From an uncultured Gemmatimonadota bacterium (lineage in GTDB: Bacteria; SM23-81), in contig CAZOYL010000024.1 in the NCBI GenBank assembly GCA_964584035.1, forward strand, positions 1-27,755: DNA of 27,755 nucleotides, in the 5' to 3' direction. How positions within the stretch are numbered: the stretch's first letter is position 1; every line of letters begins with the position of its first letter. A program made the position numbers and the translations under genes. Shown in pieces: positions 24,941-27,755 of this stretch. The notes below the pieces were generated by a model. It saw only the letters and a list, made by a program, of their open reading frames with translations, was not told where the DNA came from and made no database searches.

Positions 24941-26689
24941 TCACGAAAGTGAGAATCCTTCCTCCTGGTACAACGCCAAACAGACATCTACGGCTCGAGG
25001 ATCATATTGAATCCCCCGCTTCTGTATCAGCTCGTCCAGGGTGTCCTGGATCCCGTGGGCCGGACGATAGGGGCGATGCGAGGACATGGCCTCGACCACA
25101 TCGGCCACCGCCAGGATCTTGGCCTGCAACAGGATCTGTTTGTCCTTCAGGCCCTGTGGAAAACCGGAGCCGTCCAACCGCTCATGGTGCTGCCGGACGA
25201 TCTCGGCCACCGGCCAGGGAAACTCGATCGACTTGAGGAGATCGTACCCGGTTTGGGAATGAATTTTGATCAGGCTGAACTCGGTGTCGGTCAATTTACC
25301 CGGACGATTGAGAATCTCCGGAGGCACGTAGATCTTGCCGATGTCGTGGATCAGGGCGGCCATGCGCAGACCCTGGATCTTGTTCCGGGAAATCTTCATC
25401 CGCTCGGCAATGGTGCAGGCCAGGACGGCCACACGGCGTTGATGGCCGGCGGTATAAGGGTCACGCATCTCCACCGCCGAGGCTAAAACCTCAACGATCT
25501 CCTCAGTCAGCCGGCTGAGTTTCTTATAACTCTGCATTAAATCCTGCTCGGCCTTTTTGCGCTCGGTGATATTTCTGACGAACATGCCCAGCTTCTCCGG
25601 CCGACCCTCCTGATCCTTGATTACCCACCCGGTGAGGGCCACCGGGAAGATGGTGCCGTTCTTACGGAGATACTCTTTCTCAAAAGTTCCGGATCCTTTC
25701 GCCCCATTCGCCTTGAAATGCCTGGTCTCTTCGTGACGCCATTTATCCGGGGTGATCTGCCGATAGGTCCTCTCCTGCAGTTCATCCAAACGATAGCCAA
25801 GCATCTCCTGAAATGCTTTGTTGGCCTCCAGGACCCGGCCCTTCAGATCGGAGGTAACGATGCCGTCGGGACTGGTCTCGAACAGCACCCGGTATTTTCT
25901 CTCGCTTTCCCGAAGAGCCTCCCCGGCCAGCTTGCGGTCGGTCACGTCGATACAGGAGACCTGCAGGGCTTGCAGGCCGTTATGCCCGATGCGGCTGGCA
26001 AATATCTGCAGCCAACGGACCTCGCCATCCTTGCGGATGATGCGGGCCTCGGTGGGCTGATCGCCGGTCTGGCCGTTCAATCTCTGCCGATAGACGCCCT
26101 GAATCCTTTCAATATCCTCGGGATGAATGAGCTCGGCGGTCTGCTGAGCCGTCAGTGAATACAGCTCGTCGATCCCGTAGCCAATCATATCACACAGGGT
26201 GGAATTGGCAAAGACGATGCGGGACTTCTCTCCCTGTAAGATCATCAGTCCCTGCAGGGACCGTTCCACTAAATTGCGGTATTTCTCCTCCGATTCGCGC
26301 AGCGCTTTCTCGGCCGAATTTCTCTGCAGAGCCATTTCGATGGTTCCCTTCAGCTCCCTGCTATCGAAGGGTTTTACGATATAACCATAGGGCTCCGTTT
26401 TTTTGGCTTTCTGGAGAATACCCTCATCGGCGTAAGCTGTGAGATAGACGACCGGGATGGCGAAGCGCTGACGGATCTCATCGGCGGCCTGGATGCCGCT
26501 TTTCTCACCTTCCAGGACAATATCCATGAGGATCAGGTCGGGTTTGCTATCCCCGGCGCTGACGATCGCATCCTTTCCGGTGGAAACCGTGGCAACGACC
26601 GAATACCCGATGCGTTCCAGAGTTCTTTCAATATCCGACGTCACGATCTGTTCATCTTCCACGATCATTATGCGCGCTTTGGTCATCAT
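24941..26689 (-). CDS. REC-PAS-PAS-HD-GYP phosphodiesterase; start revised to MMTKARIM
   Basis: IVEDE, LMD, LTAY, KPF receiver residues; two PAS/PAC; YTAGHQRRV, HDIGK, HHERLDGSGFP, VADVVEAMSSHRPYR. Confidence 0.92.
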   Translation of the reverse strand: MMTKARIMIVEDEQIVTSDIERTLERIGYSVVATVSTGKDAIVSAGDSKPDLILMDIVLEGEKSGIQAADEIRQRFAIPVVYLTAYADEGILQKAKKTEPYGYIVKPFDSRELKGTIEMALQRNSAEKALRESEEKYRNLVERSLQGLMILQGEKSRIVFANSTLCDMIGYGIDELYSLTAQQTAELIHPEDIERIQGVYRQRLNGQTGDQPTEARIIRKDGEVRWLQIFASRIGHNGLQALQVSCIDVTDRKLAGEALRESERKYRVLFETSPDGIVTSDLKGRVLEANKAFQEMLGYRLDELQERTYRQITPDKWRHEETRHFKANGAKGSGTFEKEYLRKNGTIFPVALTGWVIKDQEGRPEKLGMFVRNITERKKAEQDLMQSYKKLSRLTEEIVEVLASAVEMRDPYTAGHQRRVAVLACTIAERMKISRNKIQGLRMAALIHDIGKIYVPPEILNRPGKLTDTEFSLIKIHSQTGYDLLKSIEFPWPVAEIVRQHHERLDGSGFPQGLKDKQILLQAKILAVADVVEAMSSHRPYRPAHGIQDTLDELIQKRGIQYDPRAVDVCLALYQEEGFSLS

Positions 26690-26778
26690 CTTCACCTGTT
26701 TCAGCAACCGTTTCCCGGCGATTCTCTGTTTTCGCAGAGGATTCGAGGGTCCATCCGTTCCGAAGCGCCTCTGCCGAA

Positions 26779-27755
26779 TCACGATCTTGTGGCCGCTGAG
26801 GTTTTTCTGTTTCTCTTTTCCTGGTACATGTGTTCGTCGGCCCTGGCCAGTGTTTCATCGATGGACAAATCGCTTTCCGGCTGCCAGGAGGCACTGCCAA
26901 TGGACAGACTGACGGACACATCGAATTTTTTACCATCGCGGTTCCATACCTGCAACGCTTTGGCCAGACGGCGCTTGACCACATCAGGGGATGTCTTCAT
27001 CTCCGGCATGACCACCAGGAACTCGTCCCCCCCGTACCGGACCACCATCTCCGAGGAACGGGTATGCTGGTGCAGAAATTCAACCACCTGTCGCAGCACC
27101 CGGTCGCCGGTCTTGTGGCCGTGGGTATCATTGATCACCTTGAACCCGTCAATATCGATGAGCAGAAACCCGATGGCCTGTCCGGACCGGCGGGCACGCG
27201 GCAACTCCCGCTCGATGCTCTCCCGGAAGTAACGACGGTTGAAGGCTCCGGTCAGAGGGTCGCGGATGGCCTGATCGCGCAGCCGGTTCTCCAGCCGGAT
27301 CCGGTTGACGGCCTCAAGGGCATGTTCCAGGAGCAGCTCCAGCAGCTTGACGTCCTCTTTCGAGAACGCATCCGGCTCAGCGGCGACCACCTGAAAAACG
27401 CCGATCTTCCCGAGGGGGGTACTGATGCCGGATTGAAAATTCTTTCGCGTCGGACGGGCCTCTGGAACCTCATCGATATGGCCAAACAGCGTGGTTTTTC
27501 CGGTACGGTAGGTCTTCGCGGCCAGGCTTTTCTCATTCAGGGAGCTCTCGGTGCTGGCCCCCCGGGGCATGCCCGCGGAGGTCGCCTTGACGATCAGCTT
27601 TCTACCCACGGCGACGTCCAGTGTGCACATCTTGAAGGAGAGTATGCCCTCAGCGGCCCGGACGGTGATGTGGTATACCTGTTCTTCGTTCTGACATTCC
27701 TCCCGCATGCGGGCGATCTTGTGCAATCCTTCGATCTTTTGCCGCGACTCACGCA
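26779..27755 (-). CDS. GAF-GGDEF diguanylate cyclase, 5' end beyond the window
   Basis: Frame is open to the window edge (RESRQKIEGLHK...); DPLTGAFNRRYF, DIDGFKVINDTHGHKTGD, RYGGDEF. Confidence 0.92.
   Translation of the reverse strand, partial: RESRQKIEGLHKIARMREECQNEEQVYHITVRAAEGILSFKMCTLDVAVGRKLIVKATSAGMPRGASTESSLNEKSLAAKTYRTGKTTLFGHIDEVPEARPTRKNFQSGISTPLGKIGVFQVVAAEPDAFSKEDVKLLELLLEHALEAVNRIRLENRLRDQAIRDPLTGAFNRRYFRESIERELPRARRSGQAIGFLLIDIDGFKVINDTHGHKTGDRVLRQVVEFLHQHTRSSEMVVRYGGDEFLVVMPEMKTSPDVVKRRLAKALQVWNRDGKKFDVSVSLSIGSASWQPESDLSIDETLARADEHMYQEKRNRKTSAATRS

Overview
GC-rich bacterial chromosomal window; every credible gene is on the minus strand, and the long plus-strand ORFs are antisense shadows. 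In transcription order (right to left): (1) a c-di-GMP triad of a 5'-truncated GAF-GGDEF cyclase, a REC-PAS-PAS-HD-GYP phosphodiesterase and a GAF protein with a dead GGDEF site but intact RxxD; (2) a korDABC-type 2-oxoacid:ferredoxin oxidoreductase operon; (3) two secreted proteins sharing a C-terminal FN3-like 'SNxVGEF' module, one a gingipain-like C25 protease whose His and Cys are split by a large permuted beta-domain insert; (4) an apparent ECF sigma regulon; (5) hflKC; (6) a Fur/PerR-led oxidative stress operon (perR-like, SO_0444-type permease, rubrerythrin, catalase, desulfoferrodoxin, and a ferritin that the ORF track missed). The regulon is the main discovery. An identically spaced GGGAAT-N18-GTCTAAT motif precedes three consecutive units: sigma/anti-sigma/Spy-like protein; a half-length TolC plus MacAB; and a DUF5659-like protein plus a secreted six-repeat LTxxQ helical protein, followed by a frameshifted gene remnant. 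The host looks like an anaerobic diderm, possibly FCB-group (inference). No tRNA, rRNA, CRISPR or mobile element was seen. Family names are from motif recognition, not database searches.
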